Source: Phycisphaeraceae bacterium
GTDB taxonomy: Bacteria; Planctomycetota; Phycisphaerae; Phycisphaerales; Phycisphaeraceae
Length of the DNA stretch: 64,000 nucleotides
Direction: 5' to 3'
NCBI GenBank assembly: GCA_963674705.1
Contig: OY771506.1
Coordinates: 2,976,001 to 3,040,000 of the forward strand
In this document: positions 9,970 through 20,295 of the stretch, in pieces
Numbering within the stretch: position 1 is the stretch's first letter
Layout: each line of letters begins with the position of its first letter
Translations under genes and position numbers: made by a program
Notes under the pieces: model-generated
The model's database searches: none
What the model was told of the DNA's origin: nothing
The model's input: the letters and a program-made list of their open reading frames with translations, nothing else

Positions 9970-10998
9970 ATGAAGCCTGATAGCACGAAGCTGGTTGCCG
10001 CGATCGCCTCGGTAGGTTTGTTGTGTATTGCTGCGACGGTAGACGCCGCGTTTGTCGAGCCGGATTCGACCCCCAGTGGTGCGGCCGCGTTCGCCAACTG
10101 GACGCGGGGTGATGCCGGTTCCACGTACCAGGAGTGGCGCGGTACTGCCAATGGCGGTTCGCCCTCCCTGGCCGGCGGCGGTGAAAACTTCACCACGCTC
10201 TACGGCCTCAACCAGCCCGACGATAACTACATCAACCCCAACGGGATCGCCACCGCCCAGTACCTGGACGGGACGCGTAATTCCACAGGCAGGACCTACG
10301 GCTTCCTCATCAGTGGTTCGCAGAACATCTACAGCTTTTTTGCTTCCGCTGACTGGGAACTGTTCGTGCCGGATTACAACCTCGGCAGTGGGGCGACCAC
10401 CACGGTCATCCTCCAGCTCGACGTCTCCGGCAACGAGATCCTCGTCGGTGACAGCACGTTCGGTCATCCGACCGCGCCCAACACCGTCAAGATCGATGGT
10501 TACGACTGGGTCGATCACGTCGAACTCGCCCGCGCGCCAAACTCCGTCGGCGGATTCGATCTTTACGACGTGACGCACTGGTTCCGTTTCGAGTTGCCTG
10601 CCAACATCGATACCCATCTTATCGAGTTCGACTCCTACGATCCGTCGCTGGGGGAATTCGATCCTGAGGGGATCAATTTCGGTCACGTGAGTATGATTGG
10701 GATCTCCGTTGACACGATCGTTGGTGCTTCCAGTATCCCGGGTGATCTGGACCACGACGGTTTCGTCGGCCTGGATGACCTGGATATCGTCCTCAGTAAC
10801 TGGAACCAGAACGTTCCCCCGGCTGATGCTGAGGCCGATCCTTCCGGCGACGGATTCGTCGGCCTGGACGATCTGGACATCGTGCTTGCCAACTGGAATG
10901 CAGGCACGCCCCCAGCTCAGGCGCTGGTTCCCGAGCCGAGCGCTGTGCTGATCTTTGGATTAGCCTGTGGCGCTGCCGGTATGTCACGGCGTCGATGA
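9970..10998 (+). CDS. PEP-CTERM protein with paired dockerin-like (EF-hand-type) repeats
   Basis: GDLDHDGFVGLDDLDIVLSNWN and ADPSGDGFVGLDDLDIVLANWN, then VPEPSAVLIFGLACGAAGMSRRR. Confidence 0.9.
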   Translation: MKPDSTKLVAAIASVGLLCIAATVDAAFVEPDSTPSGAAAFANWTRGDAGSTYQEWRGTANGGSPSLAGGGENFTTLYGLNQPDDNYINPNGIATAQYLDGTRNSTGRTYGFLISGSQNIYSFFASADWELFVPDYNLGSGATTTVILQLDVSGNEILVGDSTFGHPTAPNTVKIDGYDWVDHVELARAPNSVGGFDLYDVTHWFRFELPANIDTHLIEFDSYDPSLGEFDPEGINFGHVSMIGISVDTIVGASSIPGDLDHDGFVGLDDLDIVLSNWNQNVPPADAEADPSGDGFVGLDDLDIVLANWNAGTPPAQALVPEPSAVLIFGLACGAAGMSRRR

Positions 10999-11087
10999 TG
11001 CGATAAAATTCCCGGCTGCCCGTTTGACGACGGGTGGCCGGTTTTGCCGAAGTGCACGGAAAAGTTGGCGCGGAAAAATGGATTCGG

Positions 11088-11951
11088 ATGAAGCACAACG
11101 GACTCAATCATCGCCATGCCTTCACGCTCATCGAGCTGCTGGTTGTGATCAGCATCATCGCACTACTGATCGGCATCCTGCTGCCGGCCTTGAGCCATGC
11201 ACGTAAAACCGCCAGGGCCGTGAAGTCCAAGAGCGACCTTCGGCAGTTGATGATTGGGTACACCGCCTACCAGCACGACTACAACGGCCACTTGATGTTC
11301 GGTTACCCGCCGGATTCGCTGTTCGGCGAGCAGTTGACCGTTGAATTTGCCGGCCACGTATTCGTCCCACCGACCAGTCAACGCTACCCCTGGCGCCTGC
11401 TGCCTTACGTCGCCGGTGTGTGGGATATGATGCATAATCATGAAAACCCCCCGGATCTTCCCCTGACTACGGATTCGCCTACGGAAGCCGCCAAGAAAGC
11501 CTATTTATTGAGTGTCTTTCCAACCTACGGGTTGAATGACATCTACTACGGGGGCAACAAAGATTTTGGCGGATTCCAAAAGAATCAATCAAATCAGAAT
11601 GTACCCGTCTATAACGAACACGTCGTTTTTTATATCGACGAAGCACGGCGGCCATCCAGTTCGATCATCATGGGCGAGAGTCAGTTCAACTACGCCACCG
11701 AGCCGCTGCAAGGAGAGTTCCGACTGACCGCGCCCCGGGCAAGCGGCCAGAAGTGGGCAGTCGTCAACGGCGAAATCGAAGCCCAGGTTCAAACAGCGGT
11801 GGGTATGCCCAAGGGCCGATACAGTTCCAACACCCAGATCGCCTTCCTCGACGGCCACGTTGCCGACATGTCCCCCGAAGACCTGCTGGACATGCGATAC
11901 TGGGCGAACAAAGCGACGAGCGAAGACTACGACTTTGTCCTCAAGCCTTAG
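11088..11951 (+). CDS. Prepilin-type N-terminal cleavage/methylation protein (DUF1559 / H-X9-DG-CTERM-like)
   Basis: A|FTLIELLVVISIIALLIGILLPAL; C-terminal GRYSSNTQIAFLDGHV. Confidence 0.9.
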   Translation: MKHNGLNHRHAFTLIELLVVISIIALLIGILLPALSHARKTARAVKSKSDLRQLMIGYTAYQHDYNGHLMFGYPPDSLFGEQLTVEFAGHVFVPPTSQRYPWRLLPYVAGVWDMMHNHENPPDLPLTTDSPTEAAKKAYLLSVFPTYGLNDIYYGGNKDFGGFQKNQSNQNVPVYNEHVVFYIDEARRPSSSIIMGESQFNYATEPLQGEFRLTAPRASGQKWAVVNGEIEAQVQTAVGMPKGRYSSNTQIAFLDGHVADMSPEDLLDMRYWANKATSEDYDFVLKP

Positions 11952-11983
11952 TCTTTCCCGTATCCAACATTCGATACTGACGG

Positions 11984-13264
11984 TTAATAATGCCGGATCA
12001 CCGCGCCCGCGGTATGCCCGGCAAAACCCGCGGCAAACACAGCGTGTGTGCTGGTAGGCTTGAGGCTTGAGGCTTGAGGCTTGAGGGGCAGGGGGGTGTC
12101 GATCGGGTTTTCAAGCCAGGGCATTGGCGGCCGTTGCCGTGTTTTGGCGCATAAGCATGCAAGCACCAGTGCCGACAATCCCGCTGCGCCAAGGCCATGG
12201 CCGATCGCACCTTTGCAGGCGTACACATCCGGCATCGGTGCGCCGGTTTGTTTGATCGCTTCGGCGTAAACATTCAACTCCGCTGGATCGTGATCCAATG
12301 TCCCCGGCGCGTGCGGGTGGATCATGTCCACTTCTCTATCATTGAGCAATTGTCCTGTGATCCAGCGCAGTGCGGGCATATCGCTGCTGGGGCGGATCAG
12401 GTCGTACGCTTCGGCGGCGGTCGCTGTATCCAATAGTTCGCATTCACCGGGCATCGGTTCGTTTTCGATCGGCACGCGCTTGAGCACAACCGCAGCACCA
12501 CATTCACTTAACACGAAACCTTGCCGCGTTTCATCCATAGGTAATTCGCCGTAACCATCAGGCGTCTGCGGCGCAAGCACACCGAGGCGTCGGTAGCTGT
12601 GGATGAATAACGGCAGCAGGGAGGCTTCGCTGGTGGCGACGATGATGTAGTCGTTACTTCGGGTATCGGGTATCGGGTGTCGGGTATCGGAAGAACTGTA
12701 AGGCCGAGTAAGTAATTCAGTAAAGCCATAGTGCAGCGCGATCAGGCTGGAAGCGCAGGCGGCGACGTGGTGGTGCACCCGATTCAATCCCAAACGTTTT
12801 GTTAGATGATGGTTCAGATAGCCATGCGGGCCCAGTGCGACGGCGAGGTGTGCATCGATCGGCGGCGGGGGGCTGAGCGTCGGATGCCTCGCCCCCGGGT
12901 GCTGCGATTCATACGCGGCGCTCATCGCATGCACCGCCCCCTTGCTCGTTCCCACATAAGCATCCAGCCCGGCCGACTCGATCCCCGCCATCATCAACGC
13001 CTCACGCGCTGCCCGTTCCGCCAGATCGATGGCCGGGTCCGTCGCGGTGTGTTGAGCGTTGATCACCGCACCGGTCGCCCTCAGCAGATCGGTCACCGCG
13101 ATATCGCTGGGCAATTTTCGGGCTCGTTCGGCAAGTGTTCGGCCCTTCAATAGTGACGTAAATGTTTGCCAGGCCGAGCCTCCCAGGGGTGTAACGAGGC
13201 CAAAACCCGCGATCAGGACACGGAAACGCCGTTTTTTCGGATTAGGTTTTTTGTCGCTCTTCAT
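11984..13264 (-). CDS. Beta-ketoacyl synthase (FabF-like, divergent)
   Basis: VLIAGFGLVTPLG, AACASS (catalytic Cys), HPHAPGT and KGAIGHGLGAAG give a Cys-His-His triad. Confidence 0.8.
   Translation of the reverse strand: MKSDKKPNPKKRRFRVLIAGFGLVTPLGGSAWQTFTSLLKGRTLAERARKLPSDIAVTDLLRATGAVINAQHTATDPAIDLAERAAREALMMAGIESAGLDAYVGTSKGAVHAMSAAYESQHPGARHPTLSPPPPIDAHLAVALGPHGYLNHHLTKRLGLNRVHHHVAACASSLIALHYGFTELLTRPYSSSDTRHPIPDTRSNDYIIVATSEASLLPLFIHSYRRLGVLAPQTPDGYGELPMDETRQGFVLSECGAAVVLKRVPIENEPMPGECELLDTATAAEAYDLIRPSSDMPALRWITGQLLNDREVDMIHPHAPGTLDHDPAELNVYAEAIKQTGAPMPDVYACKGAIGHGLGAAGLSALVLACLCAKTRQRPPMPWLENPIDTPLPLKPQASSLKPTSTHAVFAAGFAGHTAGAVIRHY
12056..12086. repeat. Heptamer tandem repeat (AGGCTTG)x4 inside CDS
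   Basis: Read directly; encodes part of LKPQASSLKP. Confidence 0.85.
12660..12690. repeat. Heptamer tandem repeat (CGGGTAT)x4 inside CDS
   Basis: Read directly; encodes DTRHPIPDTR. Confidence 0.85.
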
Positions 13265-13336
13265 CTGGGTAGGAAGTTATAGCCAATCCGGCCGGGTTAC
13301 GCGGCCTCAGCCCCCGGCTTGGGGGGTGGAAAATCT

Positions 13337-13366
13337 TTGCCCGACACCCCTGCTACGGCCTATAAT
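13337..13366 (+). promoter_or_regulatory. Putative sigma70 promoter of the IOR gene
   Basis: TTGCCC -18 nt- TATAAT. Confidence 0.5.
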
Positions 13367-13549
13367 GCCCGCCAATACGACCATGACCCAGAGGGCGGCG
13401 TTGGCACTTGAGATGCGTAACGCGGTACGGGCCCGGCTCGGTGTCAGTTACGGTCGAGCCCAGGATGGGCGATTCGAGCTAGGAGGCTATATGTTCGACC
13501 ACCGCGACCCGTTTCAAGAAGTCAACCCGTACCGGAAGCTGATGCTTTC

Positions 13550-16500
13550 ATGAGACCCATTGATCCACGCTTCACGCAGAAGGCAGGCCCCGCCGTCTTC
13601 AGCGGGAATGAACTGCTGGTTAAAGGCGCGCTAGAAACCGAGGGCGGCGTACACTTATTGACCGGCTATCCGGGCTCCCCCATCGCGCCGTTCTTCGATA
13701 CGTTGCAGGCGCTGGGGCCGCTGTTGCATGAGCACGGCATCGTCGCAAAACAGTCCAGCAACGAGGCGTTATCCGTTGCGATGGTGAACGGCGCCCAGAT
13801 GGTCGGATGCCGCGCGATCACCGCTTTCAAAAGTGTGGGCCTGCACGTCGCTTCCGATGCGCTCGCGCTCGGCGTCCTCGCCGGGACACGCGGCGACTCC
13901 GGCGGCCTGATCGTCATGGGCGATGACCCGTGGTCCGATTCCACGCAGGTCCCCGCCGACTCGCGCTTCCTCGCTGAACACGTTCGCCTGCCCGTGATCG
14001 AGCCGTCCACGCCCCAGCAGGTCAAGGACTGGATCAATCTCGGATTCAAACTCGGCCACGCCGGCGGGATCTACATCGGTTACATGCTCACGGTCGCCAA
14101 CGCCGACGGCGGCGGCACCGTCGAGTGCTACCCGAATCACTTCCCCAAGGTTAACGAACATCAGAAGGCGGCCCTGAGCTACGAGAAAGATATCGAGCCG
14201 ATGCTCGAGCAATCCGTGCTCCTGCCCCCACGAACCTGGCAACGCGAAATTGCACTGCCCACGCAGTTCGAAAAGCTCAAGACCGAAGCTCGCAAGCTCG
14301 GGATCAACCGCATCCAGGACAAGCCGCAGAAGGGCCTGGTTGCGCCGCTCGGTTTCGTCGCCGCAGGCACAGCCGCGTCTTATCTCGACCATGCGCTTGA
14401 AGAGATCGGCCTGACCGGACGCTTCCCGATCCTCAAGCTCGGGATGACCTACCCGGTCGATCAGGTGATCGTCACCGAGTTTGCCCAGCAGTGCCAGCAG
14501 ATCGTCATCGTCGAGGAACGCCGCAGTTTCGTCGAACGACAGATCGTCGAAATCCTCAACCCGATGCGCCAGTCCGGCGAACTGAAAACCGAGATCTTCG
14601 GCAAGAAGTTCCCGCGCGAATTGCCCGGCATCCCCGAATCGCGCGGCCTGAATCCATCGGTCCTGATTCAGCGATTGATCCCGCTGATCAAGGAGCACGC
14701 CACCCTCCCGATCGAGCTGACCAACGGCCACCTGACCGAACACCTGGAACTGATCCAGGGCACCGGCGACTACCAGATCGATATCCCGCTGCGCACGCCG
14801 ACGTTCTGCCCCGGCTGTCCGCACCGCGATTCGTCGAACGTCCTGCTCGAAATCCGCCGTGACCTGCTCGACGCCAATTACATGCTCGAGCATCACAAGC
14901 GCAAGCCCGTCGACATGATCGCGCACGGCGACACCGGCTGCTACACCATGCTCATGTTCGAGCCCAACAAGCCGCTCATGCACAACTACTCCGGCATGGG
15001 CCTCGGCGGCGGGACCGGCGCGGGTGTCGACCCCTTCGTCGAAAACAAGCAGATCGTCTTCATGGGTGACGGCACCTTCCACCACTCCGGGCAGGTCGCC
15101 ATCAGCCAGTCGATCTACAACGGCCAGGACATCACCTACATCATCCTGGATAACAAGACCACCGCGATGACCGGCCACCAGGGCCACTCCGGCGTCGAGT
15201 TCGACCTCACCGGCAACCCGATGAACGCGCTGGATATCGAACGCATCGTCATCGGCCTCGTGCCCAAGAAGATCAAGAAAGACGTGCGCATCGTGCGGAT
15301 CAACCCCGCCGATCGCGATCGCTACCGCAAGCTCATGGAGCAGACGATCCTCGCCGACGGCGTGAAGATCGTCATCGCCGACAAGGAATGCGGCATCACC
15401 TACAACCGCCGCGTCAAGTCCGGTGAACGCGCCCAGCTCAAGCAGCACGGCTACCTGCCCAAGAAGTCGCACATGAACGTCGCGACCGAGGTCTGCGAGT
15501 TCTGTCTTGAATGCACCAACCAGACCGGCTGCCCGGGCCTGAAGATGGTCGGCTCGGATTACGGGCCCAAGGTCCAGACCGACATGTCATGGTGCGTCAA
15601 CGACGGCGCATGTGAACGTATCCACGCCTGCCCGAGTTTTGAAGAAGTCACCATCACGCGCAAGCAGCCCAAGCGCATGGGTGATGAATACGTCGAACTC
15701 GGCGACCTGCCTGAACCCGAGCGACCGATCCATGCAGACCAGCCGACGTGGCGCGTCCACCTCGGCGGTGTTGGTGGTATGGGTATCGGCGTCGCGACCG
15801 CGATCCTCGTCAAGGCCGGACACGAGATGGGCTACCACGTCCGCTACCTCGACAAGAAGGGCCTTGCCATCCGTAACGGCGGCGTCTTCTCGCAGCTCAT
15901 CTATTCCCGCCCGCAAGCCAACGGCGAGCCCATGCCGATCACGCCGCAGATCCCCTACGGCACAGCCGACCTGCTCGTCGGTATCGACATGCTCGAAGCC
16001 GCACGCTCGATCGATCCGCGATTGCCTTACCGCGTCGCGTCACCCAAGCGCACCGCCGCTGTGGTCAATACCGCCAAGACGCCGACCATCCTTTCCTTGA
16101 TGGGTCGGGACGACTTCGACATCAACGACGTGCAGAACGCGATCAAGAAGTACACCGATGAAGAAAAGTTCTTCGGCTTCAACGTCGGCGATCTCTGCGA
16201 ACGCATCCTCGACACCAAGCTATACGCCAACATCATGATGCTCGGCATCGCCTTCCAGAAGGGGTACCTGCCCCTGACCCGCGAAGCCATCGAGCACGCG
16301 ATCATCGAAGTGACCCGTGGCGAAAAAGAACGCAACCTCCGTGCGTTCACCATCGGCAGAAAGATCGCCGTCCGCCCCGACCTCTTCGTCGTCGAGGCGC
16401 AGCACGAATACGAAACCGCACGCCAGGCGCTCCGCCGCAAGACCAACACGCTCGAAGCGTGGTACGGCAGCGAATGGGTCGGCCGGATCATCGACCGCAA

Positions 16501-17269
16501 CAAGGGCGAGCGCGTCGCCAAGCAGTTCCGCGTCCTCATGCGTCAGACCTTCCGGGCAACCCGCGGCATTCATGTCGACGATGAGCTGATGCGCGACGTC
16601 ATCATCCGCGCGTTCGACTGCTTCCTGTGGGGCGGTATCGAATACGCACGCACGTACTGCAACAAACTCGTCGAGGTTTTCCAGAAGGATGATCCCGAGA
16701 AGGGCTTCAAAGTCACGCGGGCCGTCGTCTGGAACCTCGCCAAGGTCATGCTCATCAAGGACGAGGTCTACGTCGCTTCGCTCTTAACGAGCCCCGAAAA
16801 ATACCGCCGCGATCGCAAACGCTACAACGTCATCCCCGAGCGTGGCGACAAGATCACCTACCGCCACCACAACCGCCCCGAGTTCGATATCTTCGGCAGG
16901 CGCGTCCGCTTCGAGTGGAAGAGCACCGACTGGCAGCTGCGCATCATGTCCAGTTGCGCCTTCCTGCGAAAGATCCTGCCCGGCTGGCACGAACGCGAAC
17001 GCAACTTCCGCGACTGGTATATGCAGCTCGTCGATACGATCGAATTCCAGGGCGACAACGACTATGCACGCTGGGCCGCGATCCTATCGACCCCGCAAAA
17101 CGTCACCGGCTACCGCGAAGTCCGCTACCCCAAACAGGACGCCGCCCGCAAACTCTCCGAACGCCTGCTCGCCATGGACCCGGAAGAATTCAAGGCCGCT
17201 GCCCCCGTCGTGCCGGACCTGGAGCCGGTGATCGTCAAGCTTCCGGTCGTGCAGCACAGCTCGATTTGA
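13550..17269 (+). CDS. Indolepyruvate ferredoxin oxidoreductase family (fused alpha/beta, TPP-binding, 4Fe-4S, C-terminal DUF6537-like)
   Basis: TGYPGSP, RTPTFCPGCPH, GDTGC, GDGTFHHSG...LDN, CEFCLEC...GCP, GVGGMG, KGLAIRNGGV, IKDEVYVA. Confidence 0.9.
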   Translation: MRPIDPRFTQKAGPAVFSGNELLVKGALETEGGVHLLTGYPGSPIAPFFDTLQALGPLLHEHGIVAKQSSNEALSVAMVNGAQMVGCRAITAFKSVGLHVASDALALGVLAGTRGDSGGLIVMGDDPWSDSTQVPADSRFLAEHVRLPVIEPSTPQQVKDWINLGFKLGHAGGIYIGYMLTVANADGGGTVECYPNHFPKVNEHQKAALSYEKDIEPMLEQSVLLPPRTWQREIALPTQFEKLKTEARKLGINRIQDKPQKGLVAPLGFVAAGTAASYLDHALEEIGLTGRFPILKLGMTYPVDQVIVTEFAQQCQQIVIVEERRSFVERQIVEILNPMRQSGELKTEIFGKKFPRELPGIPESRGLNPSVLIQRLIPLIKEHATLPIELTNGHLTEHLELIQGTGDYQIDIPLRTPTFCPGCPHRDSSNVLLEIRRDLLDANYMLEHHKRKPVDMIAHGDTGCYTMLMFEPNKPLMHNYSGMGLGGGTGAGVDPFVENKQIVFMGDGTFHHSGQVAISQSIYNGQDITYIILDNKTTAMTGHQGHSGVEFDLTGNPMNALDIERIVIGLVPKKIKKDVRIVRINPADRDRYRKLMEQTILADGVKIVIADKECGITYNRRVKSGERAQLKQHGYLPKKSHMNVATEVCEFCLECTNQTGCPGLKMVGSDYGPKVQTDMSWCVNDGACERIHACPSFEEVTITRKQPKRMGDEYVELGDLPEPERPIHADQPTWRVHLGGVGGMGIGVATAILVKAGHEMGYHVRYLDKKGLAIRNGGVFSQLIYSRPQANGEPMPITPQIPYGTADLLVGIDMLEAARSIDPRLPYRVASPKRTAAVVNTAKTPTILSLMGRDDFDINDVQNAIKKYTDEEKFFGFNVGDLCERILDTKLYANIMMLGIAFQKGYLPLTREAIEHAIIEVTRGEKERNLRAFTIGRKIAVRPDLFVVEAQHEYETARQALRRKTNTLEAWYGSEWVGRIIDRNKGERVAKQFRVLMRQTFRATRGIHVDDELMRDVIIRAFDCFLWGGIEYARTYCNKLVEVFQKDDPEKGFKVTRAVVWNLAKVMLIKDEVYVASLLTSPEKYRRDRKRYNVIPERGDKITYRHHNRPEFDIFGRRVRFEWKSTDWQLRIMSSCAFLRKILPGWHERERNFRDWYMQLVDTIEFQGDNDYARWAAILSTPQNVTGYREVRYPKQDAARKLSERLLAMDPEEFKAAAPVVPDLEPVIVKLPVVQHSSI

Positions 17270-17350
17270 TGTTCAATGTTCGATGTGCAATGTTCAATCT
17301 GATGTCGATGCGCACGCCTTTTTTACACTGAACATCGAACATTGAACATG
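17269..17350. repeat. Inverted pair of ATGTTCA/TGAACAT heptamer arrays (long imperfect hairpin) between convergent genes
   Basis: atgttcaatgttcgatgtgcaatgttcaat ... tgaacatcgaacattgaacat. Confidence 0.75.
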
Positions 17351-17354
17351 TAAA

Positions 17355-18782
17355 TCACGCCGCTTTGCTTCCGCCCGCGCACACATGCGCCAGCTTGTTC
17401 AAGCCGTTGTACGCCGCGACCTTGTACGCCTCGGTAAGCGTCGGGAAGTTGAAGACCGTATCAACAAAGAACTCGGCCGTTCCATCCAATGCCATCACCG
17501 TCTGGCCGATGTGGATCAGCTCCGTCGCGCCCGTTCCGATCGCGTGAACGCCGAGGATCTTCTTCGTGTCCTGGTGGATCAGCAGCTTGAGCATGCCGGT
17601 GTCGTCACCAAGCAAACGTCCGCGTGCGATTTCCTTGTAATGCGCGATACCAGCTTCGTAAGGGATCGCTTCTTCCGTGAGTTGTTCTTCGGTCTTGCCG
17701 ACCATCGAGATCTCCGGCACCGAGTAGATGCCGAAAGGAAATAGCTGGTTGAACCCTTCAATATTCACACCGAACGCGTGACACATCGCCCGCCGTCCCT
17801 GTTCCATGCTCGTGCTGGCAAGCGAGGGGAAACCGATCACATCACCCGCCGCGTACACATGCTCCGCCGATGTCTGGTAGTTTTCGTTGACATGCAGCCG
17901 GCCGCGATCGTCGTATTCAACACCGACATTTTCTAACGCCAGCTCGCCACACACACCCTGTCGGCCAACCGAGTAGAGCAGCGTCTGGGCGCGTAGCCGT
18001 TTGCCGGACTCGAGCGTCGCCTGCACCTGCGAGCCGTCAGCTTCATCGCCGTTCAGTGTTTCGATGCCTTCGACCTTCTCGCCCATGCGCAGCGTGATCC
18101 CGTTGTTACGCATGAAGTACTGGAACGCCTCCGCGATTTCCTGGTCCAGGAAACCCAGAACACTGTGCCGGCCCTCCACCAGCGTCACACGCACACCCAG
18201 CGTCGCCATGATGCACGCATACTCACAGCCGATCACGCCGCCGCCCACCACGATCATCGACTTCGGCAGCTTCTCAAGCTTCAACAACTGGTCCGAACAC
18301 AACACCGTCGAACCATTAAAAGGCACATGCTCCGGCCGCGCCGGCCGCGTCCCCACGCCCAACATGAACTTGTCGGCCGTGAGCATCTCCGTCTCATCTT
18401 CACGCTCAACCTGCAAAAGGTTAGGCCCTTCAAAGTGCGCCGCGCCCCAGATAAGATCGATCCCGTTGCGGTCAAACTGATCGCGTATCGTCTCCCACTC
18501 ATGCCTGATCACCTGCTGGCTGATCGACACAAGGTCCGCGATCGTGATGTCTTTCTTTACCCGGTACGACTGGCCTAACAGCCCGCGCTTCGATGCGCCT
18601 GTCAGGTGCAGCGCCGCTTCACGCAGCGCTTTAGAAGGGATGGTCCCGGTATTGATCTGCGCGCCGCCGAGCACCTGGTTGCGCTCGATGATCGCCACAC
18701 GCTTACCGAGCTTCGCCGCCTGGATCGCCGCCTTCTGCCCGGCAGGCCCCGTCCCGATCACAACACAATCGTAATGCTTCAT
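17355..18782 (-). CDS. sthA: Soluble (Si-specific) pyridine nucleotide transhydrogenase
   Basis: YDCVVIGTGPAGQKAA, GTIPSKALREA, GDVIGFPSLASTSMEQGR, FNFPTLTEAYKVAA. Confidence 0.92.
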   Translation of the reverse strand: MKHYDCVVIGTGPAGQKAAIQAAKLGKRVAIIERNQVLGGAQINTGTIPSKALREAALHLTGASKRGLLGQSYRVKKDITIADLVSISQQVIRHEWETIRDQFDRNGIDLIWGAAHFEGPNLLQVEREDETEMLTADKFMLGVGTRPARPEHVPFNGSTVLCSDQLLKLEKLPKSMIVVGGGVIGCEYACIMATLGVRVTLVEGRHSVLGFLDQEIAEAFQYFMRNNGITLRMGEKVEGIETLNGDEADGSQVQATLESGKRLRAQTLLYSVGRQGVCGELALENVGVEYDDRGRLHVNENYQTSAEHVYAAGDVIGFPSLASTSMEQGRRAMCHAFGVNIEGFNQLFPFGIYSVPEISMVGKTEEQLTEEAIPYEAGIAHYKEIARGRLLGDDTGMLKLLIHQDTKKILGVHAIGTGATELIHIGQTVMALDGTAEFFVDTVFNFPTLTEAYKVAAYNGLNKLAHVCAGGSKAA

Positions 18783-19035
18783 GCCGCCCTCGATTCATCC
18801 CTGGATTAACCCGCCCTGCAAGATGGCGCAACAACATCCATAACACTTGCAGTCTCATGTGCTGTATCGGTAAGTGGGACAGGACGGCTTAGTGCGTCGA
18901 TGGCCGATAACAACGGGTGGCGTAATCAAAGCAGAGAGCCATACGTGAAAACCAAGAGTTACTTTTTTCTTTGAATTCCTGCCTGGTAAATGGTAGCCTG
19001 ACACTATCAACCGGGCGGATAAAAGGAGCCGGGAA

Positions 19036-19593
19036 ATGAAGGGGATCACACATCAAATCATGAAACGCCACACAAAACTTTGGGGAGCATTGGTCGCGAT
19101 CGTTGTCGGCCTGGTCGTTGGCCAGCCGCCACTTTCGGCAGGGACTTTGGATGTCGATGTTTATTCACCGACCTTGCCCGCTACCGAGACAGACATCATC
19201 ACGCTCTGGGCGTTGACAAGCGATGAGGTTTTGCCGTCGACATCCTACCAGACCGTTACGATGGATCTCGTCGTAAATGGCTTTGATATTCAATGGGATA
19301 TCATCAGCAACGACACCGGGCTGGGAGGTGCTGCTGTTATGACTCGCGCTGGCATATTAGAAGATATTGGAACCTTGCCTGCCGGCACATACAACGTGAC
19401 CGCGACATGGGCCATGTACGACTTTGTATATTACGGACAACCTTCTCAAACAGAACTTGATTTCTGGCTGCTTACTCATGCGCCACAGGTCGGGCCACGC
19501 ACCGGGACATTCCAGTTCACCGTCGTGCCCGAACCCGCCACTTTCGCATTATTCGCCGCGGGCCTGGGTTTATGCGGCATCCGTCGACGCTGA
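19036..19593 (+). CDS. PEP-CTERM sorting domain protein
   Basis: Signal peptide; VPEPATFALFAAGLGLCGIRRR. Confidence 0.88.
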   Translation: MKGITHQIMKRHTKLWGALVAIVVGLVVGQPPLSAGTLDVDVYSPTLPATETDIITLWALTSDEVLPSTSYQTVTMDLVVNGFDIQWDIISNDTGLGGAAVMTRAGILEDIGTLPAGTYNVTATWAMYDFVYYGQPSQTELDFWLLTHAPQVGPRTGTFQFTVVPEPATFALFAAGLGLCGIRRR

Positions 19594-19612
19594 TAACTCA
19601 CCATGATCAAAC

Positions 19613-19648
19613 AAAAAAACCGGCACACCTATGCGTGCCGGTTTTTTT
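19613..19648. terminator. Bidirectional intrinsic terminator
   Basis: A7-CCGGCAC..GTGCCGG-T7 between convergent genes. Confidence 0.85.
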
Positions 19649-19671
19649 ATTTGTTTTTTGGATCAATCTTC

Positions 19672-20295
<624 letters not shown>

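Noticed and set aside
9784..10755. 323-aa minus-strand ORF
   Set aside because: Antisense shadow of the PEP-CTERM gene.
13769..15472. 567-aa minus-strand ORF
   Set aside because: Antisense shadow of the IOR gene caused by high-GC codon bias; no motifs.
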